Positions 39,891 to 54,199 of a stretch of DNA of 64,000 bases are shown here, piece after piece. The DNA comes from Octopus sinensis (lineage: Eukaryota): positions 113,708,001 to 113,772,000 of the forward strand of contig NC_042999.1 in assembly GCF_006345805.1 (NCBI RefSeq). The letters run 5' to 3'. Positions within the stretch are counted from its first letter, which is position 1. Each line of letters begins with the position of its first letter. A program made the position numbers and the translations under genes. The notes beneath the pieces were generated by a model, which searched no databases, had not been told where the DNA came from, and was given only the letters and a program-made list of their open reading frames with translations.

Positions 39891-42360
39891 CCCACCCTGG
39901 TGTTGAAGTTGCTTGTATGTGTGTAATAATCAACTGCCCAGATAAAAAGTATATCCATAACTTATACATACATACACACATATATACACATACATATACA
40001 CCTACAATATCTCTTCATATATATATATATAGACACGTCAGTACGTGTGGGGTGGGGGGCTATATTGACACTTAGTAGTAGTAGTAGTAGTGTGCGTTTA
40101 GGCTCAGGCCAGCCGAAAACAAACAGAGCTATAACCAAATGCACTTCACTTAAGACCATCCCATCTTGTTTTTCAGGTACAGTGAATAAGAACTTCATTA
40201 TCCAATGTGTTTTCCCTTTATATACGACAGTAAGGAGTGATTTAAAGGAGATTTGGTTGCTATTTCTAGCTGGTTGGCTGACCATAGCAAAACTTCTTCA
40301 TTCGTTCTAATAAAATAAATACCTTCACACATACACAGACATAAAAAAACTCCACAGGTCCATCAAATGAATACAAAAAGTGAAGAGGAGGTTGGTGCTA
40401 GTCGTTGCGACATATGTCTGCTGCCATACACAAGGGAAAGCATAACCATATTTATCGCTGTGAACGTGACTAAGAACTATTGTGATAGATCACCATTACT
40501 GGTACTGCTACAACCATTACAGCTGTTACTTCAACCAATAGTACTTGTTGATTGGTATCGCAGTCACACATCACTGAGATATTCAGTTTTGGTCGACTGT
40601 GTGTGTGTATGTATATGTGATGACCGAACTGTTAAACGACAGTTACATGGTAGACTTAACAGGACTAAGTAGATACACTATTGCTTGTAGGTCACATGTT
40701 CAAATCCAATCCATGTTGTTGTTGCTGATGCTGTCGCTGCTGCTGCTTATCTATCAGATAAAACTAAATTTAGCAGATTTATATACACCAAAAAACATTC
40801 CAATCAAGACCATAGCATTTATGTATGGTATATCTTGGACTACGTTGTTTAATTTGTCATATATTTAAGACAGTGGTGAGTGACTTGAAAGAGATTTGGC
40901 TGTTATTACTACCTAGTTAAGCAACCATGTAGAGGCTCCCTTGTTGACTATGTTGTATGACAATGGTGTAGTGTATGGCTGTTGTTTTACTGTAAATCAA
41001 CCCTAATAAAGCAAATATGAGGTAAAAGGCATTCACCCAAGACAACATTATCCAATGTTTCCTTCCTTTTATGAATGTAGCTGACATGATTTGATGAAAA
41101 TTTGGGTACTATTTCTAGAATGTCAGCTGACCACATAGATACTGATCATTGGTTAGTGTTCTGTATTGAAGAATAGTGAGGAACGATTTTTGGTTGTTAT
41201 ATTTGTTTTGACCCCGGTTATCTTTAATAAAGTAGGACCTATGGTGTTAGATGTTTCATCTGAGATCATTCTTGCTTTCTTTTCTTTCTTTTTTCCAGTG
41301 TATCTTTAATTACATTATCCAAGGTGTACTTATTTTTATAAGACTAGGGTAAGCTTTGGGGAAAGATTACAAGTAGATCAAATGACCTTGTAAAGGATCT
41401 CTCATGACGTGGATATGCCTTCTTGGACAAAATACTATTTTTGTTTGGCTTAATTCACCTAACTGTCACAAAGAGGTAACCAGATCATTTAAAAATGTTA
41501 GCAGTGATACACTGGCACAATTTCCTTGACTACAAGTAGGATGGTGCTTAAAGTCAAAAGCAGTGGATGAAGAACACAGAAGTATAATTGTTACTGGCGT
41601 TCTAAGATTCCACTGAGTGAACAGAGTGTGCAGATAATGTCAGATTTTCATTTTACAGATTACCAGTGAAGTCATAACAATGAGAGCAAATTTTAAAAGT
41701 GGATAAGATACAGTTCTAACAATGTGACAAATACAGTTTCGAGGGAGAAGCATTGTGTATTTAGCATACAGGTTAGTCAAACAGATAATGTAAAGCTGAT
41801 AAGAAATACATAGCTAGTTACATGATTTAATATTTTCATTACTATATTTCTGTCTGCCTTTGTTTCAATTAGTTTTAAAAGTAACGAATAATTTAGTAAA
41901 GTAATTGTAATTATTAAGCTGGTGTTTTAAACATGAATGAACATAACTCTTGACAAGAGAATTTAATTCAGATCACTTCAAAATAGGAAGTTTGTCATCA
42001 CAGAAACAAGGGCAATCTTGCAGCAACAAATGGGAAATTCAGCCCTTCTGTAAAATCATTAACAGTGTTTGTAAATTGGGTTCTAATTGGGAAGTCATAT
42101 TACAAAAACATATTAGCAGGAACAGAATTTCAGAAGTGACAAGAGAGGAGATGTGGGTGGAGATGAACTAATTTGATAAGAAAGTAGGACCACCAAACCT
42201 TAGCAGTCATCATGCTTAATTGGAAAGAGCATTAAATAATTCAATAAATACATAGCACTGTTCATCAATTAATATGGCAAAATAAAATGGCTTTTGATCT
42301 GCAAAATGGAGAAATGGGGCAGTGTTTACTGATTATTATCATTATTATTAGCACTTTCTA

Positions 42361-43065
42361 AGGCAGCAAGCTGGCAGAATCATTAGTACCGAGAGCAAAA
42401 TGCTAAGCAGCATCTTGTCCATCTTAATGTTCTGAGTTCAAATTCCACCAAGGTTGACTTTACCTTTCATCTTTTCAGGGTCAATAAAATAAGTACCAGT
42501 TGAGCACTGGAGTCAATGACCTACCCCTCCCCCAAATTGCTGGCCTTGTGACAAAATTTGAAACCATTATTATTATTATTATTATTATTATTATACAAGG
42601 CAATGAACTAGCAGAATCGTTAGTACACTGGACAAAATGCTTAGCGGTATTTCACCCATTGCTGTTCTGAGTTCAAATTCCGTAGAGGTTGACATCGCCT
42701 TTCAGGGTCAATAAATTAAGTACCAGTCAAGTACCAAGGTCAATGTGATTGACTTTCCCCACCCTCCAAAATTTCAGGCCTTGTGCCTATAATAGAAAAG
42801 ATTATTATTATTATTGTTGTTGTTTTTGTTGCTAGCACTTTTTGAGTGATGGATGGTAGAAATTGTTAAACCACCAGAGAAAATGCTTAATGATATGTGT
42901 CCTCTGCATTATATGTTCCAAGTTCAAATTCCACTGACAACATTGTGGTCTTTCACCTTCCCAGAGTCGATAAAATAAATCCCAGTTTAACACTGGCCTT
43001 GGGATAACTGATAGTCCTTCACATCAAATTTCTAACCTAGTGCCAATGTAAGAAATCATTATCAC
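42361..43065 (+). mobile_element. Three head-to-tail SINE family B copies separated by (ATT)n tails
   Basis: Copies at about 42361-42593, 42597-42815 and 42845-43065, each preceded by an ATT/GTT run. Confidence 0.85.
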
Positions 43066-43652
43066 ATTGGTTAGTGGTAGAGGAGTAGCACATTTGGTGG
43101 GGGCGAAAAAACCCCAATAATTTGTAGTATGTAGATACAATTCTTTAACATACTCAGTTCAATTCCCTATAGGGTCTACCTTGCTTTTCATTCTTACTCA
43201 GAAAATGGAATGGAAGTGCAACAAAATATACATACACCTGTAAAGTACAATGGTTGATACAGTTAACTGTGTCCTCCAGTCAAGATTCATTTTTCTCAAG
43301 CCTATATTACAAATTATTGTTATTGCCATTATAATTATTAGCACTGGATATTTGCAATAACATCAGTTAATTCTCTTCCAGGAGTTCTTTTAACTGGATT
43401 TAGCTTGCTTTTTTTTTTTTCTTTTAAATGGGGAAAAAACACATGTTCAGAAATCTGTGTGCATACATTTATTCATACATATTGACAGACATATAATGTC
43501 ATATTCCAAAGAATACACATGTGTGTGTGTGTGTATGTGTGTGTGTATATATATATATATATATAGTCTGGACAGCTCCCCAGCTGTCCTGCTCAATATC
43601 AAACCATCCAGCCTATACCAATATGGAAAACGGACATTAAACAATGATGATG

Positions 43653-43714
<62 letters not shown>

Positions 43715-45819
43715 GGAGAACGAGGAAGGAGAGGAGGCTGACAAAAAGAATGGAGTTTTTTGGGTTTTTTCCAATATTGTAATAAGCTCCTTCTTTTCAA
43801 AGATCTATCTACCTACCTATCTTTTTTCCTATTTAGCTAACACATTTTTTTTTACCTTGAGCTCTATTTCAATGTGTAAGTAATAAAGACAACTTACAGA
43901 CATTCTTCACCTGAGCTTCCCTTATTCAATCACATTAAAGAGACAGTCAAATGATTAAGTACTTCCAGTCATTTATTCCTCAGCTGCTCAATGAGTTAAA
44001 TTCACTCTTTAGAGACAATAAATATATTAGAAGATAGCAAAGTGCTCTATGAAAGTAGGTGATGTTAATTACTCATACATTTTGATCTATTAAATGTTTT
44101 TTTTATTCCAGTATTGTCTTTTGATTTACCTTCTTTTAAATTAACTCTTTTTTACTTCATTTTAATGAAGTAAATATTACATATTCCAGGCATAAAATGA
44201 CAAGCCATGTACTAACATACACACACACTTCTACAAACATACCCAATAATTTCCAGGAAAGCGGGGCTTATCCCTTTGTTCCATTCTCATAATTGCTTTG
44301 CTAATCCAATAACAACAATACAAAGTATGTAGCCCTTAAAACGGTTTTTGTGCATTTACAGAGAATATTGAACTGTCTATGAGTACCCAAATTGTGGAGT
44401 CAGTGATGTAATAACATGAAATTAGTTACCTGATAGTAAGAATTCAAATAAAGTAGCCCCGAAAAGAGCTTTAATGCGTTTCCAGAGTATATAGAATTTA
44501 GGAGGAAATGCTAAAAAGGTATGTATACTAAAGTCATGAAGCATATTATATAATAACAGGCTAATCAGATATATGATAATAACAATTCAAAGTAAATAAC
44601 TCTGAAAAGGGCTTTTGTGCTTTCCCAGACAATATTACCCTCAGTGGCGCTAGTGTTGGTATATTCGTGAATAAGTCACCGAAATAAATGGATCTATTTT
44701 TTAGGAAAATACTATTTACTTGTTTAAGGGTTGTACTGGATGAATTGTGAAAGTAACTAACAGTTCAAATACTAAGAAATAAGCATACTCAATTTGATTT
44801 ATAGCAAATGATTTAGGAAAATGAATGGGTTATTTCCTTTGGCTGTTAAAATCTGGGGGAATGAGTTATTTCCCTTGGCTGTTAAAATGAAATATATTAG
44901 ATATATATAAGGATCCCTTCCAGGTGCCCTATTATCGATTTTTTTTCAACAATCTTGAGTATGCCATGAGGTTTCCAGAGATAAAACAATGTAGGAGTTA
45001 GCCAACAACTCTACAAACACACCCACAGGCAGAATTTCCCACATATGTTATAGATATACATACATACACACACACACATATATACACATGCATATATACA
45101 TACACACACATTTATACATATACACACATACAATATATACATACACACACACACGTCTATACTAATAAATGCCAAAACAAATTTGTATCAGTGTCACACT
45201 GACCTCTTCTTTCACTATTCAGTAACACTCCTACTATTCCTCATGCTGGGATGAGAGTAATAGTAGGCATAGAGACAGTGAGGGTAGTAGTAGATACATG
45301 GTTGTGATGGTAAAGGGTGATAGTAATAGTATAAGCTGTAGTTGTGATAGAGGTGGAGGCGATGGTGGTGGTGGTAGCGAAGAAGGTCAGGGAAGACAGT
45401 GATAGTAAGCAATGTGAAAGACAGTGGTGATGGTGGTGGAGGGGAAGGTAGTGAAGTCAAAGCTATTGATGGTGGTGGCATCAGAAGTCTGACTGGTGTG
45501 TGTATGGTAGTTGTGGTGGCACTGGTGATGGTGATTGTTGAAAACAATCAATGGATAGGAGAGAAAGAAAGCGGTTATGCAGAAAAAAAATTGTACTGAC
45601 CCCCGAATGGGAAGACAAAAAATGTTTATCATGCAGCTTTGCAATAAGTTACAAGTCGACAAATTATATCATTGTTTTGATCAAAATTGTTCATTGCTGG
45701 AAAAATATTGGTTAAGTTCAATAAAATATAATATGTGCTCAATGCATGAAGTGTCTTCAATGAAGAGCCCTCCACAGGAGCTAGCTTAAAAGCCACCCTA
45801 TCAGTCGGCTTTTCAGCTA

Positions 45820-45858
<39 letters not shown>

Positions 45859-46639
45859 TACATATACACACACGTATATATACACACACACACACACATA
45901 AAAATACTCACACAGATATGTGTAAGATGCAGGGATCAAAGTGTAGGAAGAAAGTTAGCTCTGAGCAATCCATAGTAAATATAAAATAACTTTCAGGAAC
46001 GACAGTGGTTTATTGAGACGGAAGTTTGCAAATTATTTTTCCTTTATCAGAGAATGTATATACATACACACACAGATATACACATACACACACAGATATA
46101 CACACACACACACACAGATATATACACACACACATACATATACACATACATACATATATATACACACACGTATATATACACACAAAGATGTATGCACATT
46201 AAGACATTAAATACACTAAGTAATAAAGAATGTACTTTTAACTGTTGAAGTAGTCTAGGTCAGTTATGAGTAATGAATCTCTATCCAGTATAAATAACAA
46301 TAATGCAGTATCCCCTCATAGTCATAACACTAACAATAATTAGGTCTCTGACAATAACAATTTTTGAAATTGAAGGGACTGTGATAAACACTCTCTAAAT
46401 AACCAATATGCGAGGAATGCTCAGTTAAAGCATTTAATAAGGCCCATTATTACATAGGTATGACAGCTTCAAAATTTAAACTCAGATTACAAAACCAAAG
46501 TCATTCTTTTAAATACAAAAGAACAAAACAGCACATCACTGTCTAGGTTCATCTGGGACCTCAAAGAAAAAAAAAACATCAGCTATTCAATTTTGTGGTC
46601 AATTAATAGGTAGTGTACTTCTATAGTGAAAGAAAGAGG

Positions 46640-47110
46640 TAGCTGCAGAGGCATTGGAAACCCTCAAATGTATGTCTAATATAATCAATAAGCATAACAG
46701 ATTACTGATCCATCGATCCCACTTTTTTAATAAGACCTTTTCAAAATGTCCACATAAAATTCCATGTAGCTATCTTACCCTGATTCAACTAAAATTAATG
46801 ATAGTTTTCTTACCATATTAATTTCCTCGCCTTCCATTCAAATTATTTCATGTATAACCAACCAGCCATTCATTTCTTAACTAATGTGTCTAATTTAATT
46901 TCAATAATATCGAGAATTGATTACTGAGGTATGCACTATTTTATTCTGCATCTCTATTCTAACAACTCTATCCACACTTTCTTTAATTTCAATGTTTTCT
47001 TTCAATTCTCTCCTCTTCTTTTTGATTCTTCCATGATATAATGCAGGGTAACCTTGTATCTCCCCTATAGCAAGACACCTGCATTTCTATTACACTTTAG
47101 CCTCTCAACA
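46640..47110 (-). mobile_element. Highly decayed LINE APE-endonuclease-like fragment
   Basis: Minus strand ..ELKENIEIKESVDRVVRIEMQNKIVHTSVIN.. and ..LIDYI recall RTE endonuclease segments; many stops. Confidence 0.4.
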
Positions 47111-48544
47111 CCGGGCACGGAATTTTCACCACACCCCCACCTCTCAAATACTAACCCACCATATAGCTGAGGAAGTTTTTTTCTCCTTCCTGTTCTTTTC
47201 TTATCTTGCAACTTACTTCACAACCTCACTAAAACCAGTGGAATGGAAAGAAATCTCCCAGCACACTCAGCTGGCATCAGGAAGGGCATCCAGCCATAGA
47301 AACCATGCTGCAGCTAACATTAGTACTCATCATGCTTGATCCAATCAAACTGTCCCACCCATGCCAGCATGGAAAACAGATGTTAAATGATTATGTATTT
47401 TGGGGGGTTTTTTTTACACCACTATTCCTCTTGTTACTGGTTCTTCTGAAATTGTAATAGTAAGCTATCATCTCTTGGCAGTTCTGATTTATATTACAAG
47501 TTCCTGTCTTGCCATCACTATATATGTATACAATAAACATGACAACATCTTGACCTGTTAGTGGACTTGTAGCAGATTAAAGAAAACTAATCTGACATCT
47601 CCATCATCTTCATTATCCAACTACTGAAATATCTCCTAGATAGCACGAACACTTGTTTAATCTGTAACTTTGATATACTGCACCCTAACAACTACCAACA
47701 TATTTGCTGGAAATTCCAAAAAAAATATTATAGTAACTTTTTATGCAATCTGATGAGCTGGCTAGTGGCAACATCATTAATTAACTAATTAATAATTGTA
47801 TGAATTAGCATAGTTATTTTACATGTATAAATACCAATGTATAAATTGATGAAATAGTTCCGCTAGATTTTGAAATGATGGGAACCTTTAATAAAGTTAT
47901 GCAATACCATCTTCATTTATCTGTTTACTATTAATTCTACTCCATAATAAAATGCACCAACTAATTAATTGGTATATTTCCTCAGGTTTACAAGTTTACA
48001 GTTTGCACAGAACACCCAGAGGGTTACACGAATATGGATTCTTATTGATTTTCTGCTAGCCAAAGTTTTCACATGAACTGCTGGGGTGTTCACTTAGGTT
48101 TCTTTAACCCCTTAGATTTCCCTACATATATCTATATTTAATAAAAATTGTTCCTCTTCTGATGTCTTCTTTTGCTCATTGCCTAACACACACACACACA
48201 CACACACACACATATCTGAGGTTAAACAACAAATTCAAAGAAAGCTACAACCAACAGGAAATAGAGCCAAATTTACTGTTCATCAGAGGAATATAGACAG
48301 ACATCAGTGGGGTAAGGTTGATTAAACTTCTTAGTTTATTCACACATATTCATTATGCTAAATAGATAGAAGAAATTAGAAGAGTTGTACAGTCTGTTTT
48401 GTTTTATTTGTACTCAAATTCTCTTTGGGCCATTTGAGATGTTAATGTGTAGCAATTCACCATGAACTTTAGACAGCAATACACAGACACAAAATCATTC
48501 TCAATAAATCTTACATGAGCTCTTTCATATACATAGATTCGTAT

Positions 48545-48578
<34 letters not shown>

Positions 48579-49611
48579 GTGCGCATGCAAGTAGTTGAGA
48601 ATCTGTTGGAAATAAAGAAGAGGGAGGGAGGGAGAGAAAGAGTGAGAGAGAGAGAAAGTAGTGTTTTCCTAATTAACATGCAAGTCAAAACTTTCAAACA
48701 AAATGAATGCATAAATTATAACAGAAACAGTCTGCTATTTTGAAAGCTTTCCATTTGGGTAAGCATTGCCTGTCTCTGGGATTTACCAGTGCTTATACAT
48801 TTTGAAATCTGTTTCATTAATGAATAAAATAATAAATACAGTTCTACATTTTAAAAAAATCGTTATTTGCACTGTGAGCAGTGAGATCTGAAAAGATGAT
48901 CTGCATACTTATTCTTAATACATTCTGGCAGATTTGAATGCAAATATGCTAGTTGCTGTTGTGTATGTCACAGGAGAACTTCTCCCTTTTATGATGACTC
49001 ATTGGTGCAAAGGATTCTGGGACACCAGTGTATCAACATGATTCTTCAACCGAAAATACTTTGAGCCTAAATAACCTACTGCTTTTGTTTATACTTTTCA
49101 TGTTCCAGAATCCTTTGTACTAATTAGCCAAATGCATTATGAACACACACAGAGATATAAATATATATAATTGAGTGAGTGTGTGTGTGTGAGAGAGCGA
49201 GAGAGAGTGTGTGTGTCTGTGTGTGTTTTTCATGTCTCCTTGTCTTGTCATTAGCAGTCTCGTGTTTCCAATCTTCTGCAAAAATATGTCCAGCCATTTG
49301 CGCTGTTTATGCTCAAAGAACAGGAGGAAATATTTAGTTTACTTGGAAACAATGCATGTTGGCAACAGGGAGGGCATCCAGCCATAGAAAATCTATTGCA
49401 ATGAATTTCATTTGAATCATTCAATAATCAACAAATCACTGACATTGGAGGCAAATCTGACTGCTATTTCTAGCAGATCAAATAATCAATTAAGACCTTA
49501 TTTCTTCATGACATTTACTCACCATCTTATATCAGTTCCTCTGTCTACATCTAATAACATTTCTAGTTGCTCCTAGTAATATTTCCAACAACATCCTAAG
49601 TTGCTCTAGAT

Positions 49612-49951
49612 CAGGGGTTCTCGGCCAGAGTCCATATGGCCCTTGTGGGTCCATATAAGATTTGTGGGTGTCCACACAATAAAACAGTAAACTGTCCACA
49701 ACAGTATTTTAAGGCCCTTGAAAAAATTTTGCTCTAGATGTATTTATTGGTATGTATTGCAAGAAACAGGTTTCTTTCTCTAGCATTTTATATTGTTCAA
49801 CCTACACAAATTAATAAGTGAAAAACAAAATAGGAATTTTGAAAGAAGTTTCTATAATACTAGTTTTTAAACATCAAACAGCTATGGGGGTTCACCAGAA
49901 TAAAATAGCAATCAAAGGGGTCCATAGATAAAAGAAGGTTGAGAACCCCTG
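49612..49951. mobile_element. hAT/Charlie-like MITE, intact ends (340 bp)
   Basis: TIRs CAGGGGTTCTC / GAGAACCCCTG; perfect 8-bp TSD CTCTAGAT at 49604-49611 and 49952-49959 (nTCTAGAn-type target). Confidence 0.92.
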
Positions 49952-52143
49952 CTCTAGATGAACAACTGGGATGTTACTCACCAGGAAATGGAAGCATATC
50001 CAAGAGACATTTAAATCTCATCTTTGTGCATGCACACCATGAAAACCAAAGATAAAGCACTTCTCTGGGAACTAGGAAGTGATTACTCTGTTCAAACAAA
50101 AAACGGGAAATCTCACACACACACACAAACACACTCACACACACTCTGACCCATATCATAACCCTTAAGCACAAATTCTAAAAAAATGGCAAACTTCCTC
50201 AGAGAATTTATTTTTTAAATAGTTTAGTCAAAGGAGAAAGCATAACATCTATGACCTTTTCAGGGTCCCCAACACTGGTGGGTGAAAGGCTGTCACTAAC
50301 CCATAACTTTGCACCAGTAAGTACTGAAGGGAGTTAAAAACAAAGAAAATGAAAACCATTAGGCAACACAACTAAAGCTACTTCTAAATTTTAAAACTAA
50401 AAGCCCTCTTATTTAAAAGATTTTTTTTTAAAATTAGACACAAAATATTTTAAATCTTTATAATACAACTAGGCATATCAGCTTGATATTTTTGTGCTAA
50501 TAACAAAAGAAAAAAAACAAGCCTATCTTCAAATATACCTTTTCTCTGTTGAGATTCAGATAATATTTAATTTTTTCATTTTTTTAGTGGTGTTTTTTTT
50601 TTTTTTTTCTTTTATGAAATTGTAAACATCAATATATTCTTATTCATTTAGTGCTTCACAAAAAAATTGGCTCCATCTTCTCCAGTGCTATCAGAGAGAG
50701 ATAGAGGAAGCATCAGTATGCTTCAGAGAGAGAGAGAGAGAGATGAAGCATCGGTATACTTCATCTCTCTCTGAAAGATTGATAAGAAACTCAGAATATC
50801 ATTTAATTATTTCAGAATCTGGTGCTGTCTGTCCTTCATCCACAACCCTTACCATCCCAACAAAGAGATATTTAATGAAAATTGATAACAGATTTTTTTT
50901 TTTTTCCTTTTGTATTTTGCTTATATATTTACTTTTAAAAATTCTGACAATTTATCACTAACAATAGCTACAAGTGTTGTTATATTGATAATGTGTTAAA
51001 TGTTATAGTAGCACCTGTGCCTGTGCACAGGCATACAATTGCACACACAGAGGTGTACACATGCAAACACAAAATTTCCCAACTATTGCATTTGTGGGTG
51101 CGTACACATATGTGATATACACAAGCAAATGTCTATATATACATACATTTAATGATGATAATATAAAATGTATGCTATATATCGATCATACAATTCCTTA
51201 GTGTATATGTACCAATGTATAGATAAATATGTTTAGCTATAAATGTGAGTGTGTAATCCTCTTGTTGAATGTAACATGATGACTACAGTGGGGTATGTAT
51301 TAGAAAAAATGTCATGTGTTGAGATGGTAAAAGTGACTGGGGTTATTCATTATTATTACTGTTGGTAGACATTGCTTTTCATCCTTTTGGGGTTGATAAA
51401 TTAAGTACCAGTGAAACACTGGGGTCGATGTAATCAATTAGCGCCCTCCAAAATTTTAGGCCTTGTGCCTTTAATAGAAAGGATTATCATTATTATTACG
51501 ATTGTTAATAGAACTACACATAGTACCTAAATACAAACAAACCTCCAAAAACCATGTCTGGTTGTGTGTGTGTATGAAGGATGGTAAAAAAAGAAATCTA
51601 TAGACAGTAGAATTGAATAGATAAGTTCATTGAGAGAATGTATAATGATGGGAAGAAATGAAAAGAGAGAAGGAAGGAAACAGAGAAGGAAAGAAAGATT
51701 TACATAAACAAAGCTGGCAAAAAATAAACACAGCCAGACAAGATCGGTAGTCAACCAATGATGCTATGTCTACCATTAGTGCCCCCTTCCTCTCCATACA
51801 CAACGACAACAACAACAATTTCCACTTCATCTCATCACAATTCTTCAACATGATTTAGAACATACACATATAAAAATCACATCCAAACATGTATGTGTGA
51901 ATGAAAAAAAAATTCTGGCATCATATGTTGATGTTGTAGAAGTTGACACTTCAACCACCACCACCACCACAGATATTATTCTTTGAAGTGGAAATGAAGA
52001 AGCTGATAAAATAAAGTGTATATATTTACATGCACGTGCGTGCACATGCATACACACATGCAAAATAGCCGTAACTATTGAATTCTCTTGGTTAGATGTA
52101 GTCAAACACTATACCTACACATGTACACAAACATATGTAAATT

Positions 52144-52178
<35 letters not shown>

Positions 52179-52181
52179 GTG

Positions 52182-52217
<36 letters not shown>

Positions 52218-53434
52218 TGTATTTATATATAAACATACAAAAATGATAAACTCCAAATAATGACACAAGCCTTAGAGTGTTAAAAGCAAATAACTAAAAA
52301 TGTACTACAGACTACTTTTTTCCCTGCCTGTACAGCTAAAAGCATGTGGGTATATGTATGTTTGTATGTGCAAGTGTGCTTTTGTACATGCATACGCACA
52401 TACATACATAAAATACAGACAGAGAGACAGATGGAGATGGAATAGGAAAAGAAAAAAAAATTGATTTCGGATGGTTGGTTCTAGACTGGCTTTGAATGTT
52501 CCAGACAACTTGTAGAACACTAAACGGATGCTATCCTTCTTTCTATCAATCACAACTTCCCTTCATTTAACCATCACAACCACATGCATAAAATGCAAAC
52601 AGAAAACAAACTACCACATCAATATCAACAACAACAACAACAACAAGTAGCAGTAATAGTACTGCTACTACTATGATAAACATTAGTGTCAGCATTGCAA
52701 AAAAAAAAAACCCAAAAAAACAAGCACTCTTTGTATGGTATCTATCTATAACATATACAGATGTTTAAAAATACTTAAGTTTTGGGGTGTGTTTTCTTTT
52801 TCTTTTTTCTTCTTCGTCTTTCTTTTAATGTCTGTCTGTTTGGCAGTCTTTTTTTAGAGCTTTGTTGGAATTGAAGCAGGGAAAGTTCCATCTCATCTTT
52901 CAGAGGAATTCTTCAGACCAAATAATTGCGTATTTATGTAAATATATATATATGTATGTATGTATGTGTATGTGTGGTTGTCTACAATTGTGTGTATGTT
53001 ATATATATATATTCTTTCTAATTTTGGCACAAGAAAATTTTGAGTGGAGTAAAGGAGACGATGTTTATATGATTAGATTGATGTCAATACTTGATTAGTA
53101 CACATTATTAGCAACCCTGCAAAGCAAAGTCGACCTCAGTGGAATTTGAACTCAGAATGTTATCAGTCAGAATAAATACTACAAACCATTCTTTCCTCTA
53201 TTCAAACAATTCTGCCAACAAGCTTCAGAAGTTGAAAGAACAAATACTAAATGCGCAGACAAACAGAAAACAAACACAGCAGGTCCCCAAACCATCATCA
53301 ACATGGGGGTCGAAGGGAATTCTGCTCCTTCAACAATCACATTGTATCTGAACTGGTGGTGATCACACATACACAAACACACACAAATATATATATATAC
53401 ATACATATACACACACACACATTCTATTTTTTTA

Positions 53435-53800
53435 TTTTATTTATTTTATATTTTATCTAGTTTCAGCTCACGGGCTGTGGTCATGCTGGAGCACCGGCAT
53501 TTAGTGTTGCTACATAATTTTACTTCACGAATGCTTTTTAGGAATTGACATTTGGTGCATGAGAGAGTTTGATGCAGTCCCCCCCCCCTCATCTGCACCA
53601 CCTGCCGTGAAGTTGGTTCATCTGGGACACTTGACAGGAAGAGGTCTAGCTTTATCTTGAAGACACCTACATCTACCCCATGCAGGTCTCTCAGGTCCTT
53701 CAGGAGGATATTGAAGAGCTGTGGAACTCTGAAGCCCAGGCTATTGCAGTATCTTGCCCTACATCTTAATGGCAAATTCGGAGTCCTTGGCACTATGCAG
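53435..53800 (-). mobile_element. CR1/L2-like LINE 3' end, 5'-truncated
   Basis: ORF ..CNSLGFRVPQLFNILLKDLRDLHGVDVGVFKIKLDLFLSSVPDEPTS.. is a typical ORF2 C-terminus (P.LFN.LP...FK..LD.FL..VPD.P), followed by a 3' UTR and an (ATAAA)n tail. Clade needs a database check. Confidence 0.8.
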
Positions 53801-53909
53801 TGGCACCCAATTCTAGTATTTGTGTAACCCTCAATGCCAAAGTTTTATATACACACAAACACAGAAATATACATATACACATATATATATCTACACAAAC
53901 ATATATATT

Positions 53910-54060
53910 GGAGTGGTTGGCGTTAGGAAGGGCATCCATCTGTAGAAACTCTGCCAGATCAAGATTGGAGCCTGGTGCAGCCATCTGGTTCGCCAGCCCT
54001 CAGTCAAAATCGTCCAATCCATGCTAGCATGAAAAGCGGACGTTAAATGATGATGATGAT
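53910..54060 (+). mobile_element. RTE-type LINE 3' UTR fragment with (GAT)n tail
   Basis: GGAGTGGTTGGCGTTAGGAAGGGCATCC..CCATGCTAGCATGAAAAGCGGACGTTAAATGATGATG. Confidence 0.85.
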
Positions 54061-54168
54061 ATATAGATATATAAATACGTATATATATAAATATAAATAC
54101 ATATATATATAAATAAATATATATATAAATATAAATACATATATATATAGATATATAAATACATATAT

Positions 54169-54198
<30 letters not shown>

Positions 54199-54199
<1 letters not shown>

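Noticed and set aside
44321-44640. Apparent LRR-like ~41-aa protein repeat on the minus strand
   Set aside because: In-frame stops, unequal periods and no third-position bias in the differences.
46814-46837. Mini-ORF MEGEEINM ending ATG|gtaaga in phase 0
   Set aside because: It lies inside an apparent decayed LINE endonuclease fragment, and such donors are expected by chance.
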